NCBI GenBank assembly: GCA_963829055.1
Contig: CAWHHI010000016.1
Span: 768,001-832,000 of the forward strand
DNA: 64,000 nt
Reading direction: 5' to 3'
Source of the DNA: an uncultured Gemmatimonadaceae bacterium
Lineage (GTDB): Bacteria > Gemmatimonadota > Gemmatimonadetes > Gemmatimonadales > Gemmatimonadaceae
A program made the position numbers and the translations under genes. Below the pieces are notes generated by a model. That model ran no database searches and had not been told where the DNA came from. It saw only the letters and a list, made by a program, of their open reading frames with translations. Below are positions 1-10,583 of this stretch, in pieces. The stretch's first letter is position 1; the number at the start of each line of letters is the position of its first letter.

Positions 1-886
1 ACGCAAGCTGAACTTCGCAACGGCGTGCGAGCCCAGCCGCAACGATGTTCTTCGCGACCCAGCGCGCCGCGTAGCACGCGGAGCGATCGACCTTCGAGGG
101 ATCCTTGCCACTGAACGCGCCGCCGCCGTGACGACCCATGCCGCCGTACGTGTCGACGATGATCTTCCGTCCGGTGAGGCCGGCGTCGCCTTGAGGCCCA
201 CCGACCACGAACCGTCCGGTGGGGTTGATGTGGTACTTCACCTTCTTGCCAAGCAATTCGGCCGGAATCGACGGCTCGATGACCTCATCGATGATCGCGC
301 GGCGGATCTTCGTGTTCGAGACCTTCTCGTCGTGCTGCGTGGATACGACGACGGTATCGACGGCAACTGGGTGCCCGTCTTCGTAGACCACCGTGACCTG
401 CGCCTTACCGTCCGGACGAAGCCACTTGAGACCACCGCGGCGGCAATCGGCGAGTCGCTTCGTGAGTCGGTGCGCGAGCAGAATCGGCATCGGCATGAGC
501 TCATCGGTCTCGTCGGTCGCGTAGCCGAACATCATGCCCTGGTCGCCGGCACCGCCGGTGTCCACGCCCTGCGCGATATCGGGAGACTGCTTGTCGATCG
601 TGCTGATCACCGCGCACGTCTTGTTGTCGAAGCCGTACGTGGCATCGGTGTAGCCGATACGCTCCACTGTGCTGCGTACGAGCTTCGGAATGTCGACGTA
701 GGTCTTGGTGGTGATCTCGCCAGCGACGCACACGAGGCCCGTGGTCACGAGCGTCTCGCACGCTACGCGAGCTGCGGGGTCGTCTGCGATGATGGCGTCG
801 AGTACCGCGTCCGAGATCGCATCGGCGATCTTGTCCGGGTGACCCTCGGTCACGGATTCCGAAGTGAACAGGTGACGATCGTACAC
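1..886 (-). CDS. metK: S-adenosylmethionine synthetase (3' end runs off the window)
   Basis: Manual translation from GTG at 886: [19 protein letters not shown]..., [23 protein letters not shown]; all MetK signatures. Confidence 0.97.
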   Translation of the reverse strand, partial: MYDRHLFTSESVTEGHPDKIADAISDAVLDAIIADDPAARVACETLVTTGLVCVAGEITTKTYVDIPKLVRSTVERIGYTDATYGFDNKTCAVISTIDKQSPDIAQGVDTGGAGDQGMMFGYATDETDELMPMPILLAHRLTKRLADCRRGGLKWLRPDGKAQVTVVYEDGHPVAVDTVVVSTQHDEKVSNTKIRRAIIDEVIEPSIPAELLGKKVKYHINPTGRFVVGGPQGDAGLTGRKIIVDTYGGMGRHGGGAFSGKDPSKVDRSACYAARWVAKNIVAAGLARRCEVQLA

Positions 887-965
887 GCGGTTATTCTCGA
901 TTCTGAATGTGAAAATCGCGCCGGCTTCCAGCACCGGCGCGGACGGACGAACGATATCCGGCCCT

Positions 966-2735
966 CTAGCTGGCGAGCAAGCCGTCGCCCAGGAAGGACG
1001 CGTCGCCAAACGCAGCGCGCAGACGTCCGGCCAACTGCCGCTCGGCACCGGCCGCATTGTCCGAAGCGAGCGCCGCTTCTGCCGCCTCCACTGCCAATTC
1101 CACGCTGATACCGCGGACAATGTGCTTGACCAGCGGCACCGCCCGTGGACCGACGCTGAGTTGCCGGACGCCCAGACCGATGAGGGCAAAGACCATCACC
1201 GGTTGAGACGCCATCTCGCCGCATACAGCAACTTCCAGCCCAGCGGCTCGGCCTACTTCGACCGTCCGCTTTACCAGGCGGAGAACGGCCGGATGGAGGG
1301 GGGTGAATCGAGCCGCGAGATTCACGTTCCCCCGGTCCACGGCGAGGGTGTACTGGACGAGATCGTTCGTTCCGATGCTGAAGAACGCGACCTCGCGGGC
1401 CAGCACGTCGGCTCCCATCGCGGCGGCAGGCGTCTCGACCATCACGCCCAGGGGCAGGTCGCGTCGGAATGGAACGCCACGCGCCTCGAGGTCCGCCGCC
1501 GCCTCGTCCAGCAGGTGACGCGCTTCCCGGACCTCATCGATGGTCACGATGAGCGGAAGCATGATGCGAACATCGCCGTGCAGTCCGGCACGCAGCAGCG
1601 CCCGAAGCTGGGTCTTGAACATCTCCGATTCGTCGAGACACATGCGGATCGCGCGCCAGCCGAGGAACGGATTCGCCTCGTGGGGAAATCCACCGGCCGG
1701 CAGCTTGTCGCCGCCAATGTCGAAGGTACGAATGACGACCGGCTGTCCGCCGAACGCTTCCACGACGCGGCGGTACGCACGGTATTGCTCTTCCTCGTCA
1801 GGCATTGTCGTCCTGCCGACGACGAGAAACTCCGTTCGCATGAGGCCAACGCCTTCTGCGCCACTCGTAGCCGCCAGCGTCGACTCCTCGGGCAGGTCGA
1901 CGTTCGCGCGCAGCGTTATGCGAACGCCATCAGTCGTCACCGGTTCTGCCGAGAGCAGCAATCGAAGCTCTGCTTCGTCGCGTGCCTCGCGCTCGGCGCG
2001 ATGCTGGAAGACCGCGACCTCGGCGTCGGTTGGGTTGATCACCAGCGTGCCGGTGGACCCGTCGAGGACGGCGTTCTCGCCTCCCGTTAGGCGGCTGATC
2101 GCATCGCGCAGACCCACCACCGCAGGCAATCCGAGCGACCGCGCGAGAATCGCGACGTGCGATGTGCGCGTGCCCGCGTCGGTCGCCAGCCCCGCGATCG
2201 CATCGCGATCCAACTGCACCGTGAGGCTGGGCGTCAGATCGTGCGTTACGAGAATCGCCTTCGCGCCCTTCGGCACGTCCACCGGATCGTGATCCGGGAG
2301 GCCGAGCAGGATCGACAGCACGCGGATGTGGACGTCGGTGAGATCGCCGACGCGCTCGCGCATCATGGGCGACGCGTGATGCGCGAACCGCGCGCGCCAC
2401 TCGTGCAGCACGACGTCGAACGCTTTCTCAGCCGCGAGATTCTGCCGGATGTACGACCGGACCTGATTCCCGAGATCGTGATCGTCGAGAATGGAGATCT
2501 GCACGTCGAAGATGGCTGCCTCTTCGGGGCCGGCGTGACTCGCCGCTCTGTCGCGAACCTGGGCCAGTCGTTCTTTCGCGCGCTCGACGGCCTCGTCGAA
2601 GCGCGCGATCTCCGCCGGAATCGCGTCGTCGGGGATGATGCGCGTGGCGACGTCGGGCACCTCCCAGCGGAGGAGGTGCACGGGCCCCACGACAATGCCC
2701 GGCGAGGCGGGAATTCCGGTGAGTGCGCGATCCAC
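966..2735 (-). CDS. ptsI: PTS enzyme I (phosphoenolpyruvate-protein phosphotransferase)
   Basis: 589 aa; [13 protein letters not shown] phospho-His motif, [37 protein letters not shown]. Confidence 0.97.
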   Translation of the reverse strand: MDRALTGIPASPGIVVGPVHLLRWEVPDVATRIIPDDAIPAEIARFDEAVERAKERLAQVRDRAASHAGPEEAAIFDVQISILDDHDLGNQVRSYIRQNLAAEKAFDVVLHEWRARFAHHASPMMRERVGDLTDVHIRVLSILLGLPDHDPVDVPKGAKAILVTHDLTPSLTVQLDRDAIAGLATDAGTRTSHVAILARSLGLPAVVGLRDAISRLTGGENAVLDGSTGTLVINPTDAEVAVFQHRAEREARDEAELRLLLSAEPVTTDGVRITLRANVDLPEESTLAATSGAEGVGLMRTEFLVVGRTTMPDEEEQYRAYRRVVEAFGGQPVVIRTFDIGGDKLPAGGFPHEANPFLGWRAIRMCLDESEMFKTQLRALLRAGLHGDVRIMLPLIVTIDEVREARHLLDEAAADLEARGVPFRRDLPLGVMVETPAAAMGADVLAREVAFFSIGTNDLVQYTLAVDRGNVNLAARFTPLHPAVLRLVKRTVEVGRAAGLEVAVCGEMASQPVMVFALIGLGVRQLSVGPRAVPLVKHIVRGISVELAVEAAEAALASDNAAGAERQLAGRLRAAFGDASFLGDGLLAS

Positions 2736-2737
2736 GG

Positions 2738-3004
2738 TCAGGACTCGCCGAATTTGCTCTCGATCAGCTTCGCGATCGCGGACACCGCGTCCTCCGCATC
2801 TGTCCCATCAGCCCGGAGCAGCAGCTGTGAACCATACTCTGCCGCGAGCATCATGACACCCATGATGCTCTTGCCGTTCACCTCGAGGTCGTCGCGCACG
2901 ATGGTGATGTCACTCCGGAATCGCGCCGCGGCTTTCACGATTTCGGCGGCCGGACGAGCGTGGAGACCGTTCCTGTTGATGACCTGCACGGAGCGTTCAA
3001 CCAT
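2738..3004 (-). CDS. ptsH: HPr phosphocarrier protein
   Basis: 88 aa from ATG at 3004 (the tail of the 496-aa track ORF); GLHARPAA (His15) and NGKSIMGVMML (Ser46). Confidence 0.96.
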   Translation of the reverse strand: MVERSVQVINRNGLHARPAAEIVKAAARFRSDITIVRDDLEVNGKSIMGVMMLAAEYGSQLLLRADGTDAEDAVSAIAKLIESKFGES

Positions 3005-3763
3005 CAGCGAACCACCGAGTAGAGGACGAACAACGCGAGCAGGCCGATGGCGATCTTCCACCCCTCGGCGCGCCCGTGCAAGCGAGCGAGCACGAATCCC
3101 CCAAGTGCGACGGCACCAAGCACGATCCCGAACAGCGCGCGCCCTGGACCGATGACCTGATCCAGCGCGAGCGGCAGCGCGATCCCCCCAATGAGCGCGG
3201 CGGCCTGCGCGAGGTGTCTGGGTCCGCGTCGTAGCACCGGCCCACCGAGCGCCGACGCCACGCGCATCCCGTGATCGAGACCGGCGCTCAACCCCCATGC
3301 TCTCAGCGCGATGTGCCCCGCGTTGTAGATGCCGAGAAACACGAAGATCACGCCGCCGGTGCCAACGCCAAACCCGAACGCGGCCAGCGCTGCCAGCGAG
3401 CACGCCGGGAGCCACGCCGCCCAGACGAGTTGGTCCCCAACGCTTCCCAGCGGACCGCACAGCGCGGTGCGAAAACGATCGATGCGCGCTGGGGCTTCGC
3501 CATCGAGCTCGGCGCGCGCGAGCGCTCCGACCGCGACGGACGCCATGTACGGATGCGCGTTGAAGTACTGGCTCTGGCGCGCGAGCGCGGCGCGGTACGC
3601 GGGCCCCTCCTGGCCACCCGGCAGCAGCCGCAACGCCGGCTCGACACAGAAGCCGATGCCGTTGCCGAGCAGTGTCTCGTAGTTCCACGCGCCCTGGATG
3701 GCGAGCAGCCTGACGAACATCGCGAGGCGCGTCCGCACCGGGATCTCGACGTGCGTCTTTCAC
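3004..3763 (-). CDS. PTS mannose/fructose/sorbose family IID subunit
   Basis: WNYETL...FNAHPY...GPLGSVGD motifs. The likely GTG start at 3763 overlaps the IIC stop and is in frame only if one base of the A-run near 3758-3760 is removed; the track ORF starts at 3738. Confidence 0.88.
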
Positions 3764-4446
3764 TGAGCTGCCAACAGTGCGAGCCCAACGCCGATGCCAC
3801 CGAGCAGCAACCACCGCGCGGCCGGAGCGGCATGCACCACTTTCCAAACGGCACCGCCGGCGACGCTGGCGGCGACGCCGACGACGACGGCGCGCGAGAC
3901 GCGCGGGTCCGACCCCCACGCCCCGAGCACCCACGTCTGCATCGGGGTGAACAGGGCGAGGATGATCGCCGTGAGCGCGCCGCCTCGCACGAGATCCGCC
4001 GTGAGGCCGAACACCTGAAGCCCCTCGACGACGCGCTTGGATCCGCTGGCGACAGCGTCGTGGCGCGCGCGAGCAAACCGCGCGTTCAACTTCCGAAGCT
4101 GTACCATCGACCACCCTCCGATCCACGCGCATACGAGACCCGCGAGCACCGCGATCGTCAGGGCACCGGGACTCGCATCCCCGTGCATCGCGAACAGTCC
4201 GCCTCCGACGACGGCCGCCGACCCCCACTCCGGGTAGCGCGATGCGCCGAACGGCAGCGTCTCCAGCGCGAACATTTCGAGCGTCGCGCCGACCAGCAGG
4301 CCGCGTGCGGGGTCGCCTAACAACGTCGCCGCCGCCGTCGCCGCCACGAGCGGACGCGATATCATGGCCTGCGGGAAGCTCACCACGTCGAGCCCGAGCA
4401 CGGCACCGAGAACCGCGAGCGGCAGCAACTGCACGAAGTCGGTCAT
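3760..4446 (-). CDS. PTS mannose family IIC subunit
   Basis: Hydrophobic 228 aa; QAMISRPLV...GLLVGATLE motif; sits between IIB and IID. Confidence 0.88.
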   Translation of the reverse strand: MTDFVQLLPLAVLGAVLGLDVVSFPQAMISRPLVAATAAATLLGDPARGLLVGATLEMFALETLPFGASRYPEWGSAAVVGGGLFAMHGDASPGALTIAVLAGLVCAWIGGWSMVQLRKLNARFARARHDAVASGSKRVVEGLQVFGLTADLVRGGALTAIILALFTPMQTWVLGAWGSDPRVSRAVVVGVAASVAGGAVWKVVHAAPAARWLLLGGIGVGLALLAAQ

Positions 4447-4934
4447 CGGTTGCCTTCTCCGGACAGCACTTCGTTCAGCGCCAGCGGCCGTGCGGCAGGC
4501 ACGTCCTGCGCGCTCACGTCCACGCCGCGCGCTGCAAGCGAGCGGAGTGCCTGCTCCTCGTCAGGCGCGAGGAACACGTAGCGGAGTCGCTGAGTCCGAC
4601 CGATCCGATGATGGATGCCACCGAGGTTCACGCGCGGAATCGCGCCGGTGAGGTCGATCAACCGCGCCATCGTTTCGATGTCGCCCGTCAGCAGCGCGCC
4701 GCGACGTTCGTCGCGCTGATAGCCATTGAGCTTCTCGGCGGCCTCGTCGACCGTGTGGAAGTGCACATCCATTTCAGGTGGCACGCCCATGCGATACAGC
4801 TCCTGCTCCCATTCGCTGCTCGCGACCTCATCGTCGACGAGCACGATGAACGTGAGGTCGAGTGGCTGCCCCCAGCCGACGACGACTTGTCCGTGAATGA
4901 GGCGGTCATCGATGCGAAAGAGCTCAATGGCCAC
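4443..4934 (-). CDS. PTS mannose/sorbose family IIB subunit
   Basis: RIDDRLIHGQVVVGW signature, VNLGG. Confidence 0.93.
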   Translation of the reverse strand: MAIELFRIDDRLIHGQVVVGWGQPLDLTFIVLVDDEVASSEWEQELYRMGVPPEMDVHFHTVDEAAEKLNGYQRDERRGALLTGDIETMARLIDLTGAIPRVNLGGIHHRIGRTQRLRYVFLAPDEEQALRSLAARGVDVSAQDVPAARPLALNEVLSGEGNR

Positions 4935-5340
4935 CCGTCGATCCCCCTGTCACGACGAGGGCGGCGCGTCCTTTGTCCGCGGCGTGTCGGGCAGCTTCAC
5001 CCGCGGGCACGTCGGTGTGGAAGACGAAATCGAGCAGCGTCGCGAGATTGGTTCCGGTGACGAGTACCATGTTTGGACGCTCGCGTTGGAGCCGACGCGC
5101 CGCCATGGTGCAGCTGCCCGCGGGCAGGTCAGTGAAGATGACCTCGACAGCGCCCGCTTCCACCTGCTCACGCATCGCGCGCTCGACATCAGCGGCGCTC
5201 ATGTCTCGATTGGAGAGCGCGAGAAACGCCTCGCCGCGGCCAGTGATCTGGCCAACCGCCGACAGGAGACCGGCAGCGAAGTCGCCGTGCCCGGCGATGA
5301 GCGCGCGGACTTCCGCGTCCGCATCACCCGGCTCACTCAT
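4924..5340 (-). CDS. PTS mannose family IIA subunit
   Basis: LIAGHGDFA phospho-His motif, IFTDLPAGS, VTGTNLATLL. Confidence 0.88.
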   Translation of the reverse strand: MSEPGDADAEVRALIAGHGDFAAGLLSAVGQITGRGEAFLALSNRDMSAADVERAMREQVEAGAVEVIFTDLPAGSCTMAARRLQRERPNMVLVTGTNLATLLDFVFHTDVPAGEAARHAADKGRAALVVTGGSTGGH

Positions 5341-6302
5341 CGTCTTCCACCAGGTACTGCCTAACGTCCGCCTGCTCGCGCATGCGCCCGATGAGCCGTT
5401 CGTTGAACGCCTCCGCCGGGTTCACGCCGCTGTAGCGCAGCAGATGGTTCATCGCGATGACTTCGGCGATCACGGTGATGTTCTTTCCAGGATTCAGGAA
5501 CACCTTGATCTTCGGCAGCTCGACACCGAGGATCGTGGTCGTCTCGGTATCGAGACCGGTGCGGTCGACGACGGCATCCTGGTCCCACTCCTCCAGGTGA
5601 ACCACCACCTCCATGCGCTTCTGCTGGCGCACGGCCCGGATGCCGAAGATCGCGGGAATGTCGATGAGCCCAACGCCGCGAATTTCCATGAAGTGGCGCT
5701 GGAGCTCGTGCCCTCGTCCGATCAGGAGGTCGTTGCCGCGGCGCGTCATGATCACGAGATCGTCAGCCACGAGACGGTGCCCACGCTCCACCAGATCGAG
5801 CACGCATTCGGACTTGCCGATACCGCTCTTTCCGGTGAAGAAGAGGCCGACGCCGAAGACATCCGCCAGCGAGCCGTGGAGCGTCGTGGAGGGCGCGAAC
5901 AGGTCGTCGAGAATCGGCTTCGTGCGCCGATAAAACTCACCGGTCTTGAGCGGCGTGCGGAACACGGGCACGCCATGCTCGCTCGCGATCGCCTGCGAAT
6001 CCCGACGGCAGCTCCTGCGCTTTCGTGACGAACACGCACGGCAGCTCGAGCGCGAAGAACATTCGAAGCACGTGCTCGCGGGCCTCCCGCGCCAGCGAGC
6101 CGAGATACTGGATCTCCGTCTCGCCGAACGCCTGAAGCCGATGCGCAGGAAACCGATCGAGGTAGCCCGCCAGCACGAGTCCGGGGCTCGACACGTCGGC
6201 GCTCGTCACGAGGCGATCGAGTCCGCCGGTGCCGATCTGTTCCAGCGGGAGCCCGCGCTTCAGGCGCGCGACGAGGGCGCCGACGGTGAGCGGTCGATTC
6301 AC
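5333..6302 (-). CDS. hprK: HPr(Ser) kinase/phosphorylase, split by a frameshift near 5996
   Basis: N-terminal half in ORF 5937..6302 (SPGLVLAGY, FGETE). C-terminal half in ORF 5333..5971 (GKSGIGKSE Walker A, HRLVADD, MEIRGVG). One indel joins the halves. Confidence 0.93.
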
Positions 6303-6610
6303 GCGCGCTCGATCTTCTTATTGCGCGTCTTTGGCGTCCGCTTGAGCTGGCGGGCCTGCGCTTCCAGTCGGCCGATGGCGAAACCGAGCGCCGGTCCGAA
6401 AAAACGGGCGCTGCCCTCCGCCACCATCGCGCGTCGTCGCGGCGCGTGCAACACGATCTCGACGCGGCGCGTCGGTCCGTCCTCCTCGAAACGAACGACG
6501 GCCTTCACGGCGCGGCTCAGACGAGCGGCGAGCCGCATGACCGCGATGCGGGCACGCTCACGCATGCGATCGGACACCTGCGCATGGTGCGACTGGAACA
6601 GAATCTCCAC
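6299..6610 (-). CDS. HPF/RaiA family ribosome hibernation-like protein
   Basis: 103 aa, basic; lies directly upstream of hprK as hpf usually does; VSDRMRERA...LEAQ pattern. Family assignment is divergent. Confidence 0.65.
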   Translation of the reverse strand: MEILFQSHHAQVSDRMRERARIAVMRLAARLSRAVKAVVRFEEDGPTRRVEIVLHAPRRRAMVAEGSARFFGPALGFAIGRLEAQARQLKRTPKTRNKKIERA

Positions 6611-6624
6611 TGTATTCCTCCTAC

Positions 6625-7719
6625 TTACGACGCGTCTGCCAGATGAGACTCGGTCTCGAGGGTCGCACGCTCCCAGGTAAACGACTCGGCGAAGGTACGG
6701 GCGTTGGCACCGAGCGTTCGCACCAGCTCAGGCGAGCCGGCGATACGCCGGAGGGCCGCCGCCATTGCAGCGGTATCGCCATGTGGCACAAGGAAGCCTG
6801 TGTCCCCGTCGCGTACCGATTCACGGATCCCCGGCGAGCTCGAGGCGACGACCGGCGTACCGCAGGCTGCCGCCTCGAGATTCGTGATCCCCCACCCTTC
6901 CTTCGGCGACGCGAACGCGAGCGCCCACGAGCGTCGAAGAAGCGAGACCTTGTCCTGCTCACTGATACGCCCAAGAAACCTTGCCCGGTCGCCGAGGTCA
7001 AGCGATCCGGCGAGGCGCTCGAGCTGCGGCCGATAGTCGCCCGCACCAGCGATTTCGAGCGTCGCGTCCGGGATTGCCGCCTCGGCGAACGAGCGAATCA
7101 CGAGGTCGACTCCCTTGTACTTCTTGAGGCGGCCGAGGTACGCGAACGACGGGGACGCCGAGCGGACCTCGGCCGCCGGCGTGTAGTGGCGGGTGTCGAT
7201 CCCCGGGTAGATCACACGGACGAGGCGACGCGGGATGCCGCGCTGCACGAGATCGTCGGCCGTGCTCTCGCTGATGGCGTGAAAGGGGACGCCGCGATAC
7301 TCCGACGCGAGTGGCCGCTCCGATAGCCACACAACCGCCGCAACAGGCGCTGGAAGCTCCTCGAAGGCGGTGCCCCCGAACAGGTGTGGAACGAGGGCGA
7401 CGACGCGCCGTGCACCCCAGCGCGGCGTGAAAAGGGGCACCTTGTTCACGTCCTCGACGAGGACGTCGTGCGGCCGGTCCGGAAAGAGACGGCGGTAAGC
7501 CCCACGCGCGAGCAGGGGCCACGTAAGCCGCGTCCCGATGCGGATGACGTCGATGCCGTCGAGCGTGGCACGCGGCGGACATCCTGGCCAGCCCCCGCAG
7601 AGCAGCGTGACCTCGTGCCCGCGTGCGGCCAATCGTCCAAAAATCTCGTGAAGGTGGATCTCAGCCCCGCCAGCCTGCGGGTTTTCACGGTCCTGCCAGT
7701 TAACAAGCAGAATGTTCAC
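6625..7719 (-). CDS. Glycosyltransferase family 4 protein
   Basis: GTG at 7719: MNILLVNWQDRENPQAGGAE; GRLKKYKG and EGWGITNLEA (EX7E) motifs. Confidence 0.9.
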   Translation of the reverse strand: MNILLVNWQDRENPQAGGAEIHLHEIFGRLAARGHEVTLLCGGWPGCPPRATLDGIDVIRIGTRLTWPLLARGAYRRLFPDRPHDVLVEDVNKVPLFTPRWGARRVVALVPHLFGGTAFEELPAPVAAVVWLSERPLASEYRGVPFHAISESTADDLVQRGIPRRLVRVIYPGIDTRHYTPAAEVRSASPSFAYLGRLKKYKGVDLVIRSFAEAAIPDATLEIAGAGDYRPQLERLAGSLDLGDRARFLGRISEQDKVSLLRRSWALAFASPKEGWGITNLEAAACGTPVVASSSPGIRESVRDGDTGFLVPHGDTAAMAAALRRIAGSPELVRTLGANARTFAESFTWERATLETESHLADAS

Positions 7720-7732
7720 GGACAGGAGTTGG

Positions 7733-7805
7733 GGCGGATGGCGGACGGCGGACGGCGGATGGCGGGGCGACAACGCAACGCCGTTTGGCCGCCGTCCGCC
7801 ATCCG
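7733..7805. repeat. Heptamer tandem repeat GGCGGAY x4.7 with an inverted partial copy
   Basis: GGCGGAT GGCGGAC GGCGGAC GGCGGAT GGCGG at 7733-7765; CCGCCGTCCGCCATCCG at 7789-7805; intergenic. Confidence 0.85.
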
Positions 7806-7822
7806 AGGGCCGCCTTCCGGGC

Positions 7823-8242
7823 TCACAAGCGTCCCATCTTCCGAGCCAGCGCGTCCAGCACGCCGTTCACGAACTTCGCGCTCTGCGGGCTGCCATAGCG
7901 CTCCGCGAGGCGAATCGCTTCCTGCAGCACCACACGCGGCGGCGTCTCGCCGATCGAGAGCTCGGCCGCGGCAAGGCGAAGGACCGAGCGCTCGATAGCG
8001 CCCAGGCGCTCCATGCGCCAATTCTCCGTCACGTCCGCGAGATTGCGGTCGATCTCCGCACGACGGCCGGCGATGACGTGAATCAGCACCGCCGCCAGGC
8101 GACGCTCATCCGCCGAGACCGCGAGGTCGTCCCAGACGCGTTCCGAGACTCGCTCGAGGTTCTGCTGCCCACGCATGTCCCACGCGTAGAGCGCCTGCAA
8201 GGCCCGCGAGCGGGCGTGGGTTTCAGTCCTCCGTGGTGCCAT
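7823..8242 (-). CDS. nusB: Transcription antitermination factor NusB
   Basis: ARSRALQALY, NWRMERLGAIERSVLRLA, KFVNGVLD; follows ribH. Confidence 0.95.
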   Translation of the reverse strand: MAPRRTETHARSRALQALYAWDMRGQQNLERVSERVWDDLAVSADERRLAAVLIHVIAGRRAEIDRNLADVTENWRMERLGAIERSVLRLAAAELSIGETPPRVVLQEAIRLAERYGSPQSAKFVNGVLDALARKMGRL

Positions 8243-8702
8243 CGATCTGATCGAAGAGATCCGCCATCTCGAGCGCCGCCAACGCGGCGTCCCACCCCTT
8301 GTTTCCGTGCTCGCCGCCAGCGCGCGCCTCGGCCTGCGCCATCGTGTCGCACGTGAGGAGCCCGAACGCGATAGGGACGTCGAAGTCGGCGCTCGCGGTC
8401 GCGAGACCACGGGACGCTTCACCGGCCACGAAGTCGAAATGCGGTGTGTCGCCGCGAATGACCGCGCCGAGCGCGACAACCGCCTCGTAGCGTTCCGTCG
8501 CCGCGGCGTGCCGCGCGGCTCCTGGTAGTTCCCACGCGCCCGGCACCCAGAAGACGTCGACGTCGTCGAACGCCACGCCGTGCTTGATGAGTGCGTCCAT
8601 CGCACCGTCCAACAGCCGCTGCGTGATCATTTCGTTGAACCGGCTGACGAGGACCGCGCAACGACGACCCTGACCGCGCGGCGATCCAGTGAACTCTGGC
8701 AT
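8223..8702 (-). CDS. ribH: 6,7-dimethyl-8-ribityllumazine synthase
   Basis: SRFNE, VPGAWELP, LGAVIRGDTPHF, GNKG. Confidence 0.97.
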   Translation of the reverse strand: MPEFTGSPRGQGRRCAVLVSRFNEMITQRLLDGAMDALIKHGVAFDDVDVFWVPGAWELPGAARHAAATERYEAVVALGAVIRGDTPHFDFVAGEASRGLATASADFDVPIAFGLLTCDTMAQAEARAGGEHGNKGWDAALAALEMADLFDQIDGTTED

Positions 8703-9911
8703 TTACAGCGCGCGCAGGTGGCCGAGCTTCTGCACTTTCGTCGCCAGGTAGCTGGCGTTTTCCTCGGTGGTCGGCGCTTCGATGCGCACGCGATCCACGA
8801 CGCTCAGCCCGTAGCCCTCGAGGCCCACCAGCTTCTTCGGATTGTTCGTCAGCACACGAATGGATTTGAGACCGAGATCGAGCAGGATCTGCGCGCCGAT
8901 GCCGTAGTTCCGGAGATCAGGCTTGAAGCCTAACGCCTCATTGGCCTCGACGGTGTCGTGTCCGCCATCCTGGAGCTCGTACGCCTTGAGCTTGTTGAGG
9001 AGGCCGATGCCGCGCCCTTCCTGATCGAGGTACACGACGACCCCGCGGCCCTCGCGGGCGATCATCTCCATCGCCGTGTGCAGCTGCCAGCCGCAGTCAC
9101 AGCGCATCGAGTGAAACACGTCGCCCGTTAGGCACTTGGAGTGCATGCGCACGAGCACGGACTCGCCGTCGTCGACGTCGCCGTACACGAGCGCCACGTG
9201 CTCGCGCGTGTCCACGTCGTTGCGATAGCCGACGATGCGCCAGTCCTTGCCCGCGATGTCCGTCGGCAGGCGCGCTTCCGCGACGCGATGAACGAGCCGC
9301 TCGTTCTCGAGCCGGTGCGCGACGAGCTGCGCCACCGTGACGAACGTGAGGCCGTGGTCGGCGGCGAAGCGCGCGAGATCATCGCGCTTCATCGTCGTGC
9401 CGTCCTCATTCAGGATCTCGCAGATGACACCCGCGGGATAGAGCCCGGCGAGTCGCGCCAGGTCGACCGCCGCCTCGGTGTGTCCGACGCGCTGCAGCAC
9501 GCCGCCGTGCCGTGCGCGCAACGGGTGCACGTGCCCGGGACGCCTCAGATCACCGCGAACCGTGGCCGGATCGACCGCAACCTGGATCGTTCTCGCGCGG
9601 TCGGCGGCACTGATGCCGGTCGTCACGCCGAAGCGCGGCGCCGCATTGATGCTCACCGTGAACGCGGTGCGGAACGCGTCGGTATTCTCGTCGCCCTGCG
9701 GCGGAAGTCCGAGCTGATCGACGCGCTCGCCCGTGAGCGCGAGACAGATCATGCCCTTCGCCTTGAGCATGAAGTTGATGATCGCGGGCGTGACGAGCTG
9801 CGCCGCGCAGATCAGATCACCTTCGTTCTCGCGGTCTTCGTCGTCCGCGACGACGACGAGCTTGCCGGCGCGAATGTCCGCTATTGCCTGAGGGATAGTA
9901 CCGAATTTCAT
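8703..9911 (-). CDS. ribBA: Bifunctional DHBP synthase / GTP cyclohydrolase II
   Basis: From ATG at 9911: [42 protein letters not shown]. Confidence 0.96.
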   Translation of the reverse strand: MKFGTIPQAIADIRAGKLVVVADDEDRENEGDLICAAQLVTPAIINFMLKAKGMICLALTGERVDQLGLPPQGDENTDAFRTAFTVSINAAPRFGVTTGISAADRARTIQVAVDPATVRGDLRRPGHVHPLRARHGGVLQRVGHTEAAVDLARLAGLYPAGVICEILNEDGTTMKRDDLARFAADHGLTFVTVAQLVAHRLENERLVHRVAEARLPTDIAGKDWRIVGYRNDVDTREHVALVYGDVDDGESVLVRMHSKCLTGDVFHSMRCDCGWQLHTAMEMIAREGRGVVVYLDQEGRGIGLLNKLKAYELQDGGHDTVEANEALGFKPDLRNYGIGAQILLDLGLKSIRVLTNNPKKLVGLEGYGLSVVDRVRIEAPTTEENASYLATKVQKLGHLRAL

Positions 9912-10583
9912 GGTCGAGGGGACTGGGGACTCGGGACTGGGGACTCGGCTGCGTCGCGTTGCATTCGCTTCCCTGTTCCCGGTTCCCTGTTCCCGTCCGT
10001 AAGGACGGATCAACTGCCTAACAAACTTACCTATCACATTGCCTTCCACGTGCACGGCGTCGCCGGTCGTCAAATCGCCGAGCGTCGTATGCCGCAGTGT
10101 GTACTCGATCAACGACAGCTGGACCACGTTCGGTTGCGGGATCGCGTTCACCGTGAGGCTCACGCCATCGACCGTGATGGAACCGTGCGGCACCAGCAGT
10201 TCTCCGATCTCAACGGGAACCGCCACGTCGACGAGCACGGCATCCTCGAACGGCTCGACGCCGCGAACGGTTCCCACGCCGTCGACGTGACCCTGCACGA
10301 TGTGGCCGCCGAGTCGATCGCCGGCACGGAGCGCTCGCTCGAGGTTCACGCGCTTGCCTTCTGCCCAGCCGCCGATCGCCGTTCGCCCCAATGTTGTAAC
10401 GACAGCAGCGACAGAAAACCGGCCATCCGCACGATCGCGAACCGTCAGGCACGCGCCATTCACGGCAATGCTCTCGCCGTCGACGAGGTCGTCATAGCGT
10501 GAGCGAATCACGAACTCGCGACCGGCTGACGTGTCCGCGACGCGGTCGATGATGCCAACATCGTCGACGAGCCCGGTGAACAT
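9908..10583 (-). CDS. ribE: Riboflavin synthase alpha chain (no stop before ribBA as sequenced)
   Basis: MFTGLV N-terminus, SIAVNGACLTV, GGHIVQGHVDG, GSITVDGVSLTV; the 3' boundary is uncertain. Confidence 0.94.
9919..9994. repeat. Opposed heptamer arrays (GGGACTS)x4 and (TTCCCKG)x3.7
   Basis: Read directly at 9919-9946 and 9969-9994, between ribE and ribBA. Confidence 0.85.

Noticed and set aside
887..965. SAM riboswitch upstream of metK (and FMN riboswitch upstream of ribD)
   Set aside because: The spacers are only about 79 bp and 14 bp and show no recognisable aptamer sequence.
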